The position numbers and the translations under genes are program-made. This document shows, piece after piece, positions 30,126-39,445 of a stretch of 39,568 nucleotides of DNA. Below the pieces are notes generated by a model, which saw nothing but the letters and a program-made list of their open reading frames with translations, did no database searches and was not told where the DNA came from. How positions within the stretch are numbered: position 1 is the first letter of the stretch; each line of letters opens with the position of its first letter. Source of the stretch: Pseudomonadota bacterium (GTDB taxonomy: Bacteria > Pseudomonadota > Alphaproteobacteria > Acetobacterales > Acetobacteraceae); contig JAKAZY010000002.1 of the NCBI GenBank assembly GCA_021826425.1, positions 1 through 39,568 on the forward strand, written 5' to 3'.

Positions 30126-30907
30126 TGGCTGAGCCAATTCACTGGGTTCGCTTTACACACGAAGGCAAAGATGGGTTCGGCGTGCTGCAAGGCACGTCGA
30201 TCCAGGTCTATGAAGGCGACATGTTCGAACACCCGCATAACACCGGCGCGACGCTGCCGCTATCTGCGGTAACACTGCGTGCGCCGAGCTCTCCGGGCAA
30301 GATTGTTGCTTTATGGAATAACTTCCACGCGCTGGCCGCCAAGCTCGACGTCAGCCTGCCGGAAGACCCGCTTTGGCTGTTGAAAGCAGGAACGTCTGTT
30401 ACCGATCCCGGTGCTACGGTTCGCCGCCCACCCGCGTATGACGGTCGCATCGTTTATGAAGGCGAGCTGGGCATTGTAATCGGCAAACGTTGCTTGATGG
30501 CGGACGAGGCAGAGGCCGCTTCGGCGATCTTCGGCTATACCGTTGTCCACGATGTTACAGCCGGCGATCTACTGCGCAAGGATCCGAACTTTGCGCAATG
30601 GGCGCGCGCGAAAAGCTTTGACGGGTTCTGCCCGTTCGGCCCCGCGATTGCGACCGGCGTTAATGTGAGCGGTCTCTCAGTACGTCTGGTGCTGGACGGG
30701 GTGGAACGGCAGAACTATCCGATCTCCGACATGGTATTTGCGCCTGTGAAGCTGGTCTCGCTGCTCTCGCGGGATATGACGCTGATGCCGGGCGATTTGA
30801 TCTGCTGCGGTACGTCGGTTGGTGTTGGCTCGATCAAGGGGCCGGTTAGCACCGTGGATGTGACGATTGATGGAATTGGTACCCTGACGAACCTCTTTGA
30901 ACTCTAG
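30125..30907 (+). CDS. Fumarylacetoacetate-hydrolase-family protein
   Basis: TGATG overlap with glxR; YEGELGIVIG, GYTVVHDVT, AKSFDGFCPFGP, PGDLICCGT. Confidence 0.9.
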   Translation: MAEPIHWVRFTHEGKDGFGVLQGTSIQVYEGDMFEHPHNTGATLPLSAVTLRAPSSPGKIVALWNNFHALAAKLDVSLPEDPLWLLKAGTSVTDPGATVRRPPAYDGRIVYEGELGIVIGKRCLMADEAEAASAIFGYTVVHDVTAGDLLRKDPNFAQWARAKSFDGFCPFGPAIATGVNVSGLSVRLVLDGVERQNYPISDMVFAPVKLVSLLSRDMTLMPGDLICCGTSVGVGSIKGPVSTVDVTIDGIGTLTNLFEL

Positions 30908-31044
30908 GCTGCGCTGACATAAGACTGACCAGCTTTGCGGGTCAGTCTTATGTCTGAATCATCACCTACTTTATTGATTTAAAAGCTACTTCTGACATTG
31001 GAGGCGATGGCAGCCACGATTCCGTCTGATGTCATCCGGCTCTG
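30905..31044. repeat. Divergent full-length type A repeat (reverse orientation); begins at the FAH gene TAG stop
   Basis: Outer arms and linker (CTTTATTGATT) match the reverse complement of 35305-35443; the inner stem CATAAGACTGACC/GGTCAGTCTTATG has a different sequence but still pairs. Confidence 0.75.
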
Positions 31045-31302
31045 GTAAATGATGTGGCAAGGGCGGCGTTAAAAGTCGACTGACCGGCGCCGTTACAAGG
31101 CGCATTGCCTGATACTGGGGTTAGTTCATCCGGTGTGATATACATCAAGGCATGATGCCCAGCTTGGCGCATTGATGCGGTTCAGCTAGATGCAAGAGCT
31201 TGTAAAAAAGATTTTTTCGAGCCTGGCGGTGCGCTGCACCGAAAAAAAAACGTTCAGTAACAAAAATTCAGCATTTCTCGAGGAATCTTGTTGATTGTGC
31301 AT

Positions 31303-31330
31303 TTGGTATACAATACACCAGATACCAAAA
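31303..31330. promoter_or_regulatory. Putative GntR/FadR operator upstream of gntR-frc
   Basis: TTGGTATACAATACACCAGATACCAAAA, similar to 36985-37010 upstream of oxlT. Confidence 0.5.
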
Positions 31331-31493
31331 CCCGTGTTCGTTTGCGAGGAGAGTGCATCATGAAAACAGAAACGGTTCTGCTCCAACCCGTGATGCGCCG
31401 CTCCAAAAGCCATTTGGAAAAACCGCAGCGCGATTGTCTGCCCGCGCGCCATCTGCTTGCCGGGTGGGCGTGAGCAGCGGGGGGAAAGCATCC

Positions 31494-32222
31494 ATGGACA
31501 GCCCCGCGAGTTTTCAATTTCTCGACATCAAACCGATTCAAGTAAATGTTGGTCTGCGCCGTCTTGCCTGCGATGCGATCAAGCAGGCGATTACCAATAT
31601 GGATATCTACGACCAGCCTGAAGAAATTCGGCTAGACGAGCGCCAGCTATCACGCGAACTAGGTGTGAGTCGCACGCCGGTGAGAGAAGCGCTGAGCCTG
31701 CTTGAGCATGAAGGCTTTCTGCGATCGGTCCCGCGTGGAGGAATTTTTATTGTCCGCAAGACCAAGCGCGAGCTCATCGAGATGATCTCGGTCTGGTCTT
31801 CGATCGAGAGCATGGCCGCGCGGTTTGCTTGCGAGAAAGCCGGCGATGAGGAGATTCGGGAGCTGCGCGAGATCGCCTCGTTCGAGAAGAACCCCAGCAC
31901 GCATATCAATGAGTATGCGCAATCCAACATGGCCTTCCATCGGGCTATCATCGCCATGAGCAAATGTAACCTCATGGTTGAATTAACCGAGAATCTCTTC
32001 ATCCATATGCGCGCCCTTCGTTCGGTGGCGATGCGTCACGGGAATAGGGTGCATCGCTCCATGACCGATCATTTAGGCATTGTCGATGCTCTTGCCGCCC
32101 GTGACCCTGACCTCTCTGCGCAACGTGTCAGAGACCATACGCTGGATCTTGCGGCGCATATCGAAAAATACGGTGACTTTCTTGACCAATTTGAGAGTAG
32201 GGCAGAAGTGCATAAGATTTGA
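31494..32222 (+). CDS. GntR (FadR/FCD) family regulator
   Basis: RLDERQLSRELGVSRTPVREAL HTH; FCD domain (NMAFH...DHLGIVDAL...RDH); ATG 31494 preferred to the long low-complexity extension. Confidence 0.9.
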   Translation: MDSPASFQFLDIKPIQVNVGLRRLACDAIKQAITNMDIYDQPEEIRLDERQLSRELGVSRTPVREALSLLEHEGFLRSVPRGGIFIVRKTKRELIEMISVWSSIESMAARFACEKAGDEEIRELREIASFEKNPSTHINEYAQSNMAFHRAIIAMSKCNLMVELTENLFIHMRALRSVAMRHGNRVHRSMTDHLGIVDALAARDPDLSAQRVRDHTLDLAAHIEKYGDFLDQFESRAEVHKI

Positions 32223-32380
32223 ACAAGATGACTTCTGGTTTTCAAGATTGCCAGAATTTAGCTGGCTACCTTATCTGGTATGGCAGCTTTGTTTCGGTGG
32301 ACGTATAGCTTACTGAGTTCAAATAATAACAATGACTGTGGCTTGCTGCTATGAGTGAGAGCCATATGAAGGAGGAAAAG

Positions 32381-33655
32381 GTGACCAAAGCTCTCCAAGG
32401 CGTGCGTGTTCTCGATTTTACCCATGTGCAGTCTGGGCCGACATGTACCCAGTTGCTCGCCTGGTTCGGCGCGGACGTAATCAAAATTGAACGGCCTGGC
32501 ATTGGAGACATTACCCGGACGCAGCTATGCGATGTTCCGGGAGAAGACAGCCTTTATTTCACCATGCTCAATCATAACAAACGTTCTTTGACCCTCGATA
32601 CAAAGACGAAGAAGGGCATGGAGATTCTCGAAAAGCTGGTCCGGGTTTGCGATGTCATGGTGGAGAATTTTGCGCCCGGCGCGCTCGACCGGATGGGGCT
32701 GACCTGGGAGCGCATCCAGGAACTGAACCCTCGGATCGTCCTTGCGTCGATCAAGGGCTTTGGCCCAGGTCCTTACGAGGACTGCAAGGTTTATGAAAAT
32801 ATCGCCCAGTGTGCCGGTGGCTCCGCTTCCACCACCGGATTCGACGACGGTCCCCCGCTTGTCACCGGTGCGCAGATTGGTGATTCCGGCAGCGGTTTGC
32901 ATCTGGCACTCGGGATCGTGACCGCTTTGTATCAGCGTTCGCATACAGGTCGAGGGCAGATGGTGCGGACCTCAATGCAGGACGGCGTTTTGAACCTGTG
33001 CCGAGTAAAACTGCGCGACCAGCAGCGCCTGGAGCGTGGGCCGCTCAAGGAATACCCGCAATACCCGAATGGAAAATTTGGCAACTCGGTGCCGCGCGCT
33101 GGCAATGCTTCAGGTGGCGGCCAGCCTGGCTCCATATTGAAGTGCAAGGGTTGGGAGAGCGATCCCAACGCCTATCTTTACTTTGTCGCTCAGGCACCCG
33201 TATGGAAGTCAATCTGCACGGTGATTGACAAGCCCGAATGGATCACCGATCCAAACTACGCGACACCCGAAGCCCGTCTGCCGCATTTGAAGGATATCTT
33301 TGCGGGTATCGAGGAGTGGACGATGCAGCACACGAAGCTGGAGGCGATGGAGATTCTCAACAAGTACGACATTCCCTGCGGGCCGATTTTGTCGATGGAG
33401 GAAATTGCCGCAGATGAGTCTCTTCGGCAGACGGGAACGATTGTCGAAGTCGATCATCCTGGCCGTGGTTCCTATCTGACCGTTGGTAATCCGATCAAGC
33501 TTTCAGATAGCCCGACGGAGGTTGTGCGTTCTCCCCTGCTGGGTGAGCATAACGAGGAAATCCTCAGAGATGTCCTTGGGTTTGATGAAATGGGCATAGC
33601 CAGCGTCGTCGAGTCAGGTGCATTTGGGCCGGTGCCAGCCAAGGCTGAGGCATAG
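32381..33655 (+). CDS. frc: Formyl-CoA:oxalate CoA-transferase
   Basis: GTG after AAGGAGG; [27 protein letters not shown], catalytic [15 protein letters not shown] glycine loop. Confidence 0.95.
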   Translation: MTKALQGVRVLDFTHVQSGPTCTQLLAWFGADVIKIERPGIGDITRTQLCDVPGEDSLYFTMLNHNKRSLTLDTKTKKGMEILEKLVRVCDVMVENFAPGALDRMGLTWERIQELNPRIVLASIKGFGPGPYEDCKVYENIAQCAGGSASTTGFDDGPPLVTGAQIGDSGSGLHLALGIVTALYQRSHTGRGQMVRTSMQDGVLNLCRVKLRDQQRLERGPLKEYPQYPNGKFGNSVPRAGNASGGGQPGSILKCKGWESDPNAYLYFVAQAPVWKSICTVIDKPEWITDPNYATPEARLPHLKDIFAGIEEWTMQHTKLEAMEILNKYDIPCGPILSMEEIAADESLRQTGTIVEVDHPGRGSYLTVGNPIKLSDSPTEVVRSPLLGEHNEEILRDVLGFDEMGIASVVESGAFGPVPAKAEA

Positions 33656-33763
33656 CCAGCTGAGGTTGGACGTACCAAAAATGGCTGGCATGGCATGCGC
33701 CGGTTCGGCCCTTTTTGGCACTTGGCGGGTATTTAAAATAATTCTCGGCCCTGAGGATGGATG

Positions 33764-34960
33764 ATGAATATTCACGAACATCAGGCAAAAGAGTTATTGA
33801 AGTCGTACGGCGTATCCGTATTGGACGGGTATGTGGCACGGTCCGCTGAAGAGGTGAGGTCCGCGGTTGAACGTCTTCCCGGCCCTGTCTACGTTGTAAA
33901 ATCTCAGATACATGCAGGCAGCCGTGGGACCGGCTATTTCAAAAATGATCCTCAGGGCAAAGCCGGGATTCGGTTCACGCATTCATCGCAGGAGGCTTGC
34001 GCGGCGGCTGAGGCAATGCTCGGCAACCCGCTGGTAACAAAACAAACAGGTCCTGCCGGGCAGATTGTTCGGCGCGTGTATGTTGAGGCAGGGTGCGATA
34101 TCAGTCGTGAGCTTTATCTCTCGCTGCTGGTTGATCGCCGGTTATCACGCGTGGTGATCATGGCGTCGACTGAAGGCGGTAGCGATATCGAGGAGGTTGC
34201 AGAGAAGCAGCCTGAGAAGATCCAATGCGTGGCGATTGATCCGGCCGCGGGCGTTTCAAATTTTCACTCGCGCAAGCTGGGCTTTTGGCTTGGGCTGGAC
34301 GCGGGGCAGCAGAAGCGTTTCGCGCAGCTCGTGCGCGCGGCATATAAGGCGTTTCTGGCGCTGGATTGCTCGATCGTCGAGATTAACCCGCTGGTGGTAA
34401 CAGGCTCTGGAGATTTTGTTGCGCTGGACGCGAAGATAAGCTTCGACGAAAGCGCTCTCTATCGCCATCCCGAGCTTGAGACACTGCGCGATGAGGCCGA
34501 GGAAGATCCAAGGGAAGTTGAGGCGGCAAAGCACGGCCTGCATTACGTGGCGTTGGACGGTTCCATCGGCTGCATGGTGAACGGTGCTGGCCTTGCAATG
34601 GCGACCATGGACATCATCAAGCTGTACGGCGTTGAGCCGGCAAATTTTCTCGACGTTGGCGGCGGGGCGACGAAAGAGCGCGTAACGGCAGCCTTCAAGA
34701 TTATCCTGTCAGATCCCCATGTAGAGGGAATTCTGGTGAATATTTTCGGTGGTATCATGCGCTGCGATGTGATCGCGGAGGGCGTTGTTGCGGCTGCACG
34801 AGAGGTCTCGCTGCCGGTGCCGCTGGTGGTCCGGCTGGAGGGAACGAATGTTCAATTGGGTAAGGATATTCTCAGCAAATCCGGTCTGCCGATCATCGCA
34901 GCAAAAAATCTGGCCGACGCAGCCTTGAAGATCGCAGCAGCCGTGCTGAAGATGGCGTGA
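33764..34960 (+). CDS. sucC: Succinyl-CoA synthetase beta subunit paralog (ADP-forming acyl-CoA ligase beta); no alpha subunit adjacent
   Basis: [67 protein letters not shown]. Confidence 0.9.
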   Translation: MNIHEHQAKELLKSYGVSVLDGYVARSAEEVRSAVERLPGPVYVVKSQIHAGSRGTGYFKNDPQGKAGIRFTHSSQEACAAAEAMLGNPLVTKQTGPAGQIVRRVYVEAGCDISRELYLSLLVDRRLSRVVIMASTEGGSDIEEVAEKQPEKIQCVAIDPAAGVSNFHSRKLGFWLGLDAGQQKRFAQLVRAAYKAFLALDCSIVEINPLVVTGSGDFVALDAKISFDESALYRHPELETLRDEAEEDPREVEAAKHGLHYVALDGSIGCMVNGAGLAMATMDIIKLYGVEPANFLDVGGGATKERVTAAFKIILSDPHVEGILVNIFGGIMRCDVIAEGVVAAAREVSLPVPLVVRLEGTNVQLGKDILSKSGLPIIAAKNLADAALKIAAAVLKMA

Positions 34961-35304
34961 GGCGATCGTGATGGCTGCCTGACGGCAGCGCTGGGCTGGC
35001 AAGGCAAGCGCGGCAATCCGCACTTTTCCTAGTTGTGTCATGAAGATGGGGTGCTGCAAGTGGCAATTATGCATGACTGTGCGTGCCTCTTGCCGTGATG
35101 ATGCGAGGACAATGCCCATGCGGATTGAGTTGACGCAATAAATCCGCATCTTGCGGTACTTCTACCAGAGGCCAAGATTTAGGCGGAATTGGCGGCCTGA
35201 AAATCAGGGATTGCGCCGGAGAAACGAAATTCGCTGGCATCCTGTTGCTGGACTTGCCACGCGGTATTTTCGTAGTGCCGGATATTCCGCAGGTCGCAGA
35301 TGGC

Positions 35305-35443
35305 TAGAGTCGGATGATTTTAGATCGAATCACGGGCTCGATCCGATCTAAAATCTGAAGCCGTCTCTAAATAATAAAGTAGAGGGCGATTCAGATTTTA
35401 GGCTCGTTCGCAAATTGAGCGAACCTAAAGTCATCGCGCTCTA
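35305..35443. repeat. Full-length type A palindromic intergenic repeat (139 bp, two hairpin units, 10-bp linker)
   Basis: TAGAG...CTCTA-AATAATAAAG-TAGAG...CTCTA; each unit is a long hairpin and the whole is an imperfect inverted repeat; contains GANTC sites. Confidence 0.9.
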
Positions 35444-35461
35444 ATGGTATTCACGGTCATC

Positions 35462-35493
35462 AAAAAAATGGGCGGCGCCTTTCAGCGCCGCCC
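35462..35493 (-). terminator. Intrinsic terminator of oxlT
   Basis: Minus strand GGGCGGCGC-TGAAAG-GCGCCGCCC-ATTTTTTT. Confidence 0.85.
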
Positions 35494-35515
35494 GAGTCGT
35501 GACGTGTAACCGGCC

Positions 35516-36844
35516 TTACTCAGCCGGTGAAGCGGCATGCTCCATGTTGTGCTTGTGATAGTAAGCCTCGGCAGGTTTCAACACCAACATCACCAGGATG
35601 ACGGCAACCACGTTGATGCCCGCGGTCAGCAGCAACACATTGCTCCAGGTATGAGTCTGCGCCACGATATAGCTGGCTACAGGCACAAGGAACCCGGCGG
35701 CACCCTTGGAGGTGTAGAGCGTGGACAGGTTTGTTGTCGCGTATTTCGGCCCGAACAGATCGGTGCAGAAAGCCGGGAATAGGCTGAAGATCTGACCCCA
35801 GCAGACGAAGATGAGGCCGATGCTGAGCACGAAGCCCCAGGGCGACGTCCCGATCGTCAGCATCATGAAGTAAGCGATGGCACCGAGACCGAAAGAGAGC
35901 GCCATTGTGTTGGTGTGGCCGATCTTATCGCCAATGGCGCCAAAAAGGGGCCGTGCAACGCCGTTCATGATGTTTGCGAAGATCAAGCCAACATAGAGTG
36001 CGCCCGCGCCGAACAGGATCACGACATCGGCCACGCCATAGGATTTCGCGATCGCGGCCATGTTTGCCGCCGCCATCAATCCGCCAGCTGCCATCAGCAG
36101 GAACAGCACGTACAGCACCCAGAACACCGGCGTGCGAAGCATTTCGCCCGTGGTGTGGCTGCGGCTGGACTGCAGGTGCGCCTTAGTCTTGTTAGGAAGC
36201 GGGGCCTCACCCGGAAACGGGGCGCGGATGAACTGCGACGCGATCAGGATGATGCCGCCTTGGATTAGCCCGAAGACCAGGAACGCCGACGAAACGCCGG
36301 AGCTCGCCAGTACGAGCTTGATGGGGATTACGGTCAGCGCCGCGCCGGCGCCGAAACCAGCAGCCGTCAGGCCAGTCGCGAGGCCGCGGCGGTCTGCGAA
36401 CCACTTGGTCGCGTTGCCGACAGCGGTGGCATAAACTGCACCAGCGCCAAAGCCGGTGAGCGCGCCACCTGCATAAAGCATGGTCAAAGATGTGGCGACG
36501 GAATTAAGCCCCCAGCCGCCTGCAACCATCAAGCCGCCCGCGCCCATAACCACGCGCGGACCCCATTTCGGCCCGAGCGAATCGGCGATCCAGCCGTCGA
36601 GCGGCGTTACCCAGGTTTCGAGCGCAATAAAGAGAGCGAAGGAAAACTGGATGTCAGCCGTGGCCCAACCGTGAAGCTTATGAAGCGGCAGAACAAAGAG
36701 GGTCCAGCCATATTGCAAATTGGCGATCATCACCATGCAGACGACGCCTAGAATAAGCATCCTCCAGCGCGTGCTGTTCACCTCAGGGCTAATCCCGGGG
36801 TTCTGACTGCCGGACGTGCCAGCATCACTAACGAAATTCGACAT
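35516..36844 (-). CDS. oxlT: Oxalate/formate MFS antiporter
   Basis: RWxxLxxGVVCMVMIANLQYGWTLFV, KWFADRRGLATG, NGVARPLFG, YTSKG (the Arg and Lys typical of OxlT); GGAGG RBS before ATG 36844. Confidence 0.9.
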   Translation of the reverse strand: MSNFVSDAGTSGSQNPGISPEVNSTRWRMLILGVVCMVMIANLQYGWTLFVLPLHKLHGWATADIQFSFALFIALETWVTPLDGWIADSLGPKWGPRVVMGAGGLMVAGGWGLNSVATSLTMLYAGGALTGFGAGAVYATAVGNATKWFADRRGLATGLTAAGFGAGAALTVIPIKLVLASSGVSSAFLVFGLIQGGIILIASQFIRAPFPGEAPLPNKTKAHLQSSRSHTTGEMLRTPVFWVLYVLFLLMAAGGLMAAANMAAIAKSYGVADVVILFGAGALYVGLIFANIMNGVARPLFGAIGDKIGHTNTMALSFGLGAIAYFMMLTIGTSPWGFVLSIGLIFVCWGQIFSLFPAFCTDLFGPKYATTNLSTLYTSKGAAGFLVPVASYIVAQTHTWSNVLLLTAGINVVAVILVMLVLKPAEAYYHKHNMEHAASPAE

Positions 36845-36984
36845 TTTCTCCTCCACTCTCGCGCTCCGCGATGATTCTCATTGAACAAACATGCAAACGG
36901 AGTCGACGATATGACGACCCCGAGTAGTCTCTTTTTTCCGGAATGAACGCCCCCGGTATCTGTTCTACCCACACCCGCTTTTTG

Positions 36985-37010
36985 TGTATCAGGTATACCA
37001 AACACCAAAA
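36985..37010. promoter_or_regulatory. Putative GntR/FadR operator upstream of oxlT
   Basis: TGTATCAGGTATACCAAACACCAAAA; shares TAYACCARAYACCAAAA with the 31314-31330 site. Confidence 0.5.
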
Positions 37011-37161
37011 ATTTAGTGGTTGTCCACCGCAAAATTTGCATCTTTGTAAATCTTTGGAAATAAACCAATATTATATAGCTTATGGATAAGCGGGTCGATT
37101 GTCGTAGCGGCCGGTGGACTGGTGCTTGCGGTGCCAAATAAAGGCGGCCAGGGGTAGTGTC

Positions 37162-38049
37162 TCAGTTTGAAATTTCCGCCGCGGCTTTTTTGTAAACTGC
37201 CGGGCGGTTGGGCTTGGTAGCGCGGGCATCAACCAGTTTCACCACATCCTCCATGCTCCAAAGCGTGGCACTCAGCCCCGCTGCCATGGCCGGGGAACAA
37301 CGTAGCGTTTTGTGCTGGCGGACGAAGTTATACCAGACGGTATAGAGCGCCACCATGTCCGTATGGCTTTCCACCTTCTTGGAAAAGCCATTGGTCAGCC
37401 GAGTGAAGCGCCGCATGGACATACGCATGGTGAGGTTCTGGCGCTCCACGTAGCTGGTGGAGACGTGCTTGAGGTCTGGTTTGCCTTCAATCGGGGTTTT
37501 CTTGGCGCCAGTGCATTCCGCCGGGCTGTAGCGGCCAGCAGGACCAGGCGCATCGCCGTACAGCTTCACCAGCATGGCGTAATCGACATTGGCCCCGAAG
37601 GCATCCTCTACGGCATCCAGGTAAGCCTTGTGGCCATCTGTGGTGAGCTGGACGCGGTTAGCGAGACGATCCGCCACATCCAGCATGAACTCATGGGCAT
37701 AGCCCGCGTCACGACCACCCACCAGGAAGGCCACAATCAGCTTGCTATCCGCATCCAGCGCCGTCCAGGTCCACACGTCTCCAGCTCCTTCCGGGGCAGC
37801 CTTGGCAGCCGCGACGTTCTTCTGCTTGGCATAGCAGAAGCTCCAGATTTCATCGCATTGGACGCGCTTGGAGCGGACGTTACGCACCGCCTCATTGTGG
37901 AAGGCTTCGCAAGCCGCGCCAGCGTCGGCCAGGAGTTTCGCCACAGTGTTGATGCTCACGTCCGCGATCCGCGAAACGGACCGCATAGACGAGCCTTCGC
38001 AAAGCATCGTGAGGATATTGGCGCGCTGGGCAATGCTGAGCTTGTTCAT
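37162..38049 (-). CDS. IS1-family DDE transposase (single ORF, HTH + DDE)
   Basis: [22 protein letters not shown]; VQCDEIWSF (D), QLTTDGH (D), [12 protein letters not shown] (E), [13 protein letters not shown]; alternative start at 38055. Confidence 0.88.
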   Translation of the reverse strand: MNKLSIAQRANILTMLCEGSSMRSVSRIADVSINTVAKLLADAGAACEAFHNEAVRNVRSKRVQCDEIWSFCYAKQKNVAAAKAAPEGAGDVWTWTALDADSKLIVAFLVGGRDAGYAHEFMLDVADRLANRVQLTTDGHKAYLDAVEDAFGANVDYAMLVKLYGDAPGPAGRYSPAECTGAKKTPIEGKPDLKHVSTSYVERQNLTMRMSMRRFTRLTNGFSKKVESHTDMVALYTVWYNFVRQHKTLRCSPAMAAGLSATLWSMEDVVKLVDARATKPNRPAVYKKAAAEISN

Positions 38050-38055
38050 ACTCAT

Positions 38056-38084
38056 AATATATGAACTTTTATGCTTAGCGTCAA
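38056..38084 (-). promoter_or_regulatory. sigma70 promoter of the transposase, likely leaderless
   Basis: TTGACG-17 nt-TATATT; +1 would fall on the A of ATG 38049, and there is no RBS. Confidence 0.6.
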
Positions 38085-38094
38085 GGCTTTATAT

Positions 38095-39282
38095 TCACTT
38101 TAAGGACGGGGTAAATTCGTCCGGCGGTGAAGAACCAAATATCTCAGGCGAAACATTCCAGAACGACGCAAGAAGCTGAGGGTTAAGCGCTATTTCAGCG
38201 CAGATTTCTTCAGGGTGCTTTTTTCCGCTTTCAAGCAACATCAGCGCTGCCTTCTGAAGCGTTCGAGGTTGTTCAATTTTAATCACCTTAGGGTCATCCA
38301 AAGGTTCCTTTGACCTCCAACGCCTGAAGGAAATTTGTTTGTATAGATTGGTGAATTGCACATCATCTATCAATTCGAGGTCTTTGCAGCGGTAGACCAT
38401 CGCTTGAATTGAGGCCCCCCAACGGCGCTTTAAATCCAAAAAAGCATCTAGTCTGGCTGTATAAAACTCATTCGGGAATGACTTTTTAGGCAACAAAAAG
38501 GCCCCGGCGAACCGGTCGGCTTCACCCTCAATCCGCTTAAGAATTTTTGGGTCGGAGATTTCTTCTTGTTCAATCCAGCGGTGCAAAATTAGATGGCCAA
38601 GCTCATGGGCTGCATCAAATCGAACCCGCGCACCGGCCTCTTTTTCAGATGCCATAAAAATAAAGGGACGGTCACCATTCCAGAATGAAAAGGCGTCGAT
38701 CCTCTCCCCTTCAATCTCATGTCGGCAAGTAACGATGCCTTTGCTTTCTATGAGTGCTAAGACGTTAGAAATCGGCCCAACACTCAACCCCCACTGCTTC
38801 CGGCAGTCTGAAGCAATTTCTTCGATTTCATCAAAAGAATATCGACCATCGCTCGAAGAAGAAGACGCACTCGGAATATCCACGGCAGGATAGTTTACAT
38901 AATCATCTAAATACCGTGCGGATTGAACAAACCATCCACCAAGAACCGTACAGGCATCATTTTTGCGGATTGTATCTGGGCCAACTTTTCTAAAAAATCG
39001 TGGGCCAAATTCGCCAAATACCGGAAGGTTATCGGACATAAAAAAAGAACGCGGTTGTACAAGCACATCAGCAAGTTTGGCGAATGTGTCTGGCTCGGGT
39101 GACTTTGCCCCCGATTCGAAGGCTGATACGGCTTGCCGCGTAATACCAACACGGCCGCCCAGGTCTTCTTGCGTGAGCCTCAATGCGCGGCGGGCATCGC
39201 GGAGTTTGGCCGGAATCAAACGCCGCCCAATTTGGGCGGCGCGGGGAGCGCTTGGGAAGTTTACAATTTTATTATCCGTCAT
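38095..39282 (-). CDS. XRE-family HTH fused to ImmA/IrrE (DUF955) zinc metallopeptidase
   Basis: 395 aa; LTQEDLGGRVGITRQAVSAFESGAKSP HTH; RFDAAHELGHL (HExxH), EGEADRFAGAFLLP. Confidence 0.92.
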   Translation of the reverse strand: MTDNKIVNFPSAPRAAQIGRRLIPAKLRDARRALRLTQEDLGGRVGITRQAVSAFESGAKSPEPDTFAKLADVLVQPRSFFMSDNLPVFGEFGPRFFRKVGPDTIRKNDACTVLGGWFVQSARYLDDYVNYPAVDIPSASSSSSDGRYSFDEIEEIASDCRKQWGLSVGPISNVLALIESKGIVTCRHEIEGERIDAFSFWNGDRPFIFMASEKEAGARVRFDAAHELGHLILHRWIEQEEISDPKILKRIEGEADRFAGAFLLPKKSFPNEFYTARLDAFLDLKRRWGASIQAMVYRCKDLELIDDVQFTNLYKQISFRRWRSKEPLDDPKVIKIEQPRTLQKAALMLLESGKKHPEEICAEIALNPQLLASFWNVSPEIFGSSPPDEFTPSLK

Positions 39283-39445
39283 TGTCCTTCCTCCACCTGT
39301 CTATTTCTTCCTTGAGCGTCATTACGGCTTCGATATCAGTATCCTCGGGCGGAGGAACGTCCGATCTCACGCCGTGAGGCATAAGCATCAAATTCGCAGT
39401 ACGGCAAATATAGCCATTGCGGTGATTTTCATATGGAATGCCTAG
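39272..39445 (-). pseudogene. C-terminal 57 aa of an IS-interrupted gene overlapping the start of the XRE-ImmA gene (putative toxin partner)
   Basis: Open frame LGIPYENHRNGYICRTANLMLMPHGVRSDVPPPEDTDIEAVMTLKEEIDRWRKDNDG* begins exactly at the CTAG next to the IS end and overlaps the next ATG by 11 nt. Confidence 0.65.

Noticed and set aside
31353-31493. N-terminal extension of the GntR regulator and overlapping small ORFs (31186-31541)
   Set aside because: Low-complexity, overlaps the operator/promoter region, no family resemblance.
37080-37152. Possible tRNA or att site next to the mobile element
   Set aside because: No cloverleaf, T-loop (GTTCRA) or integrase seen.
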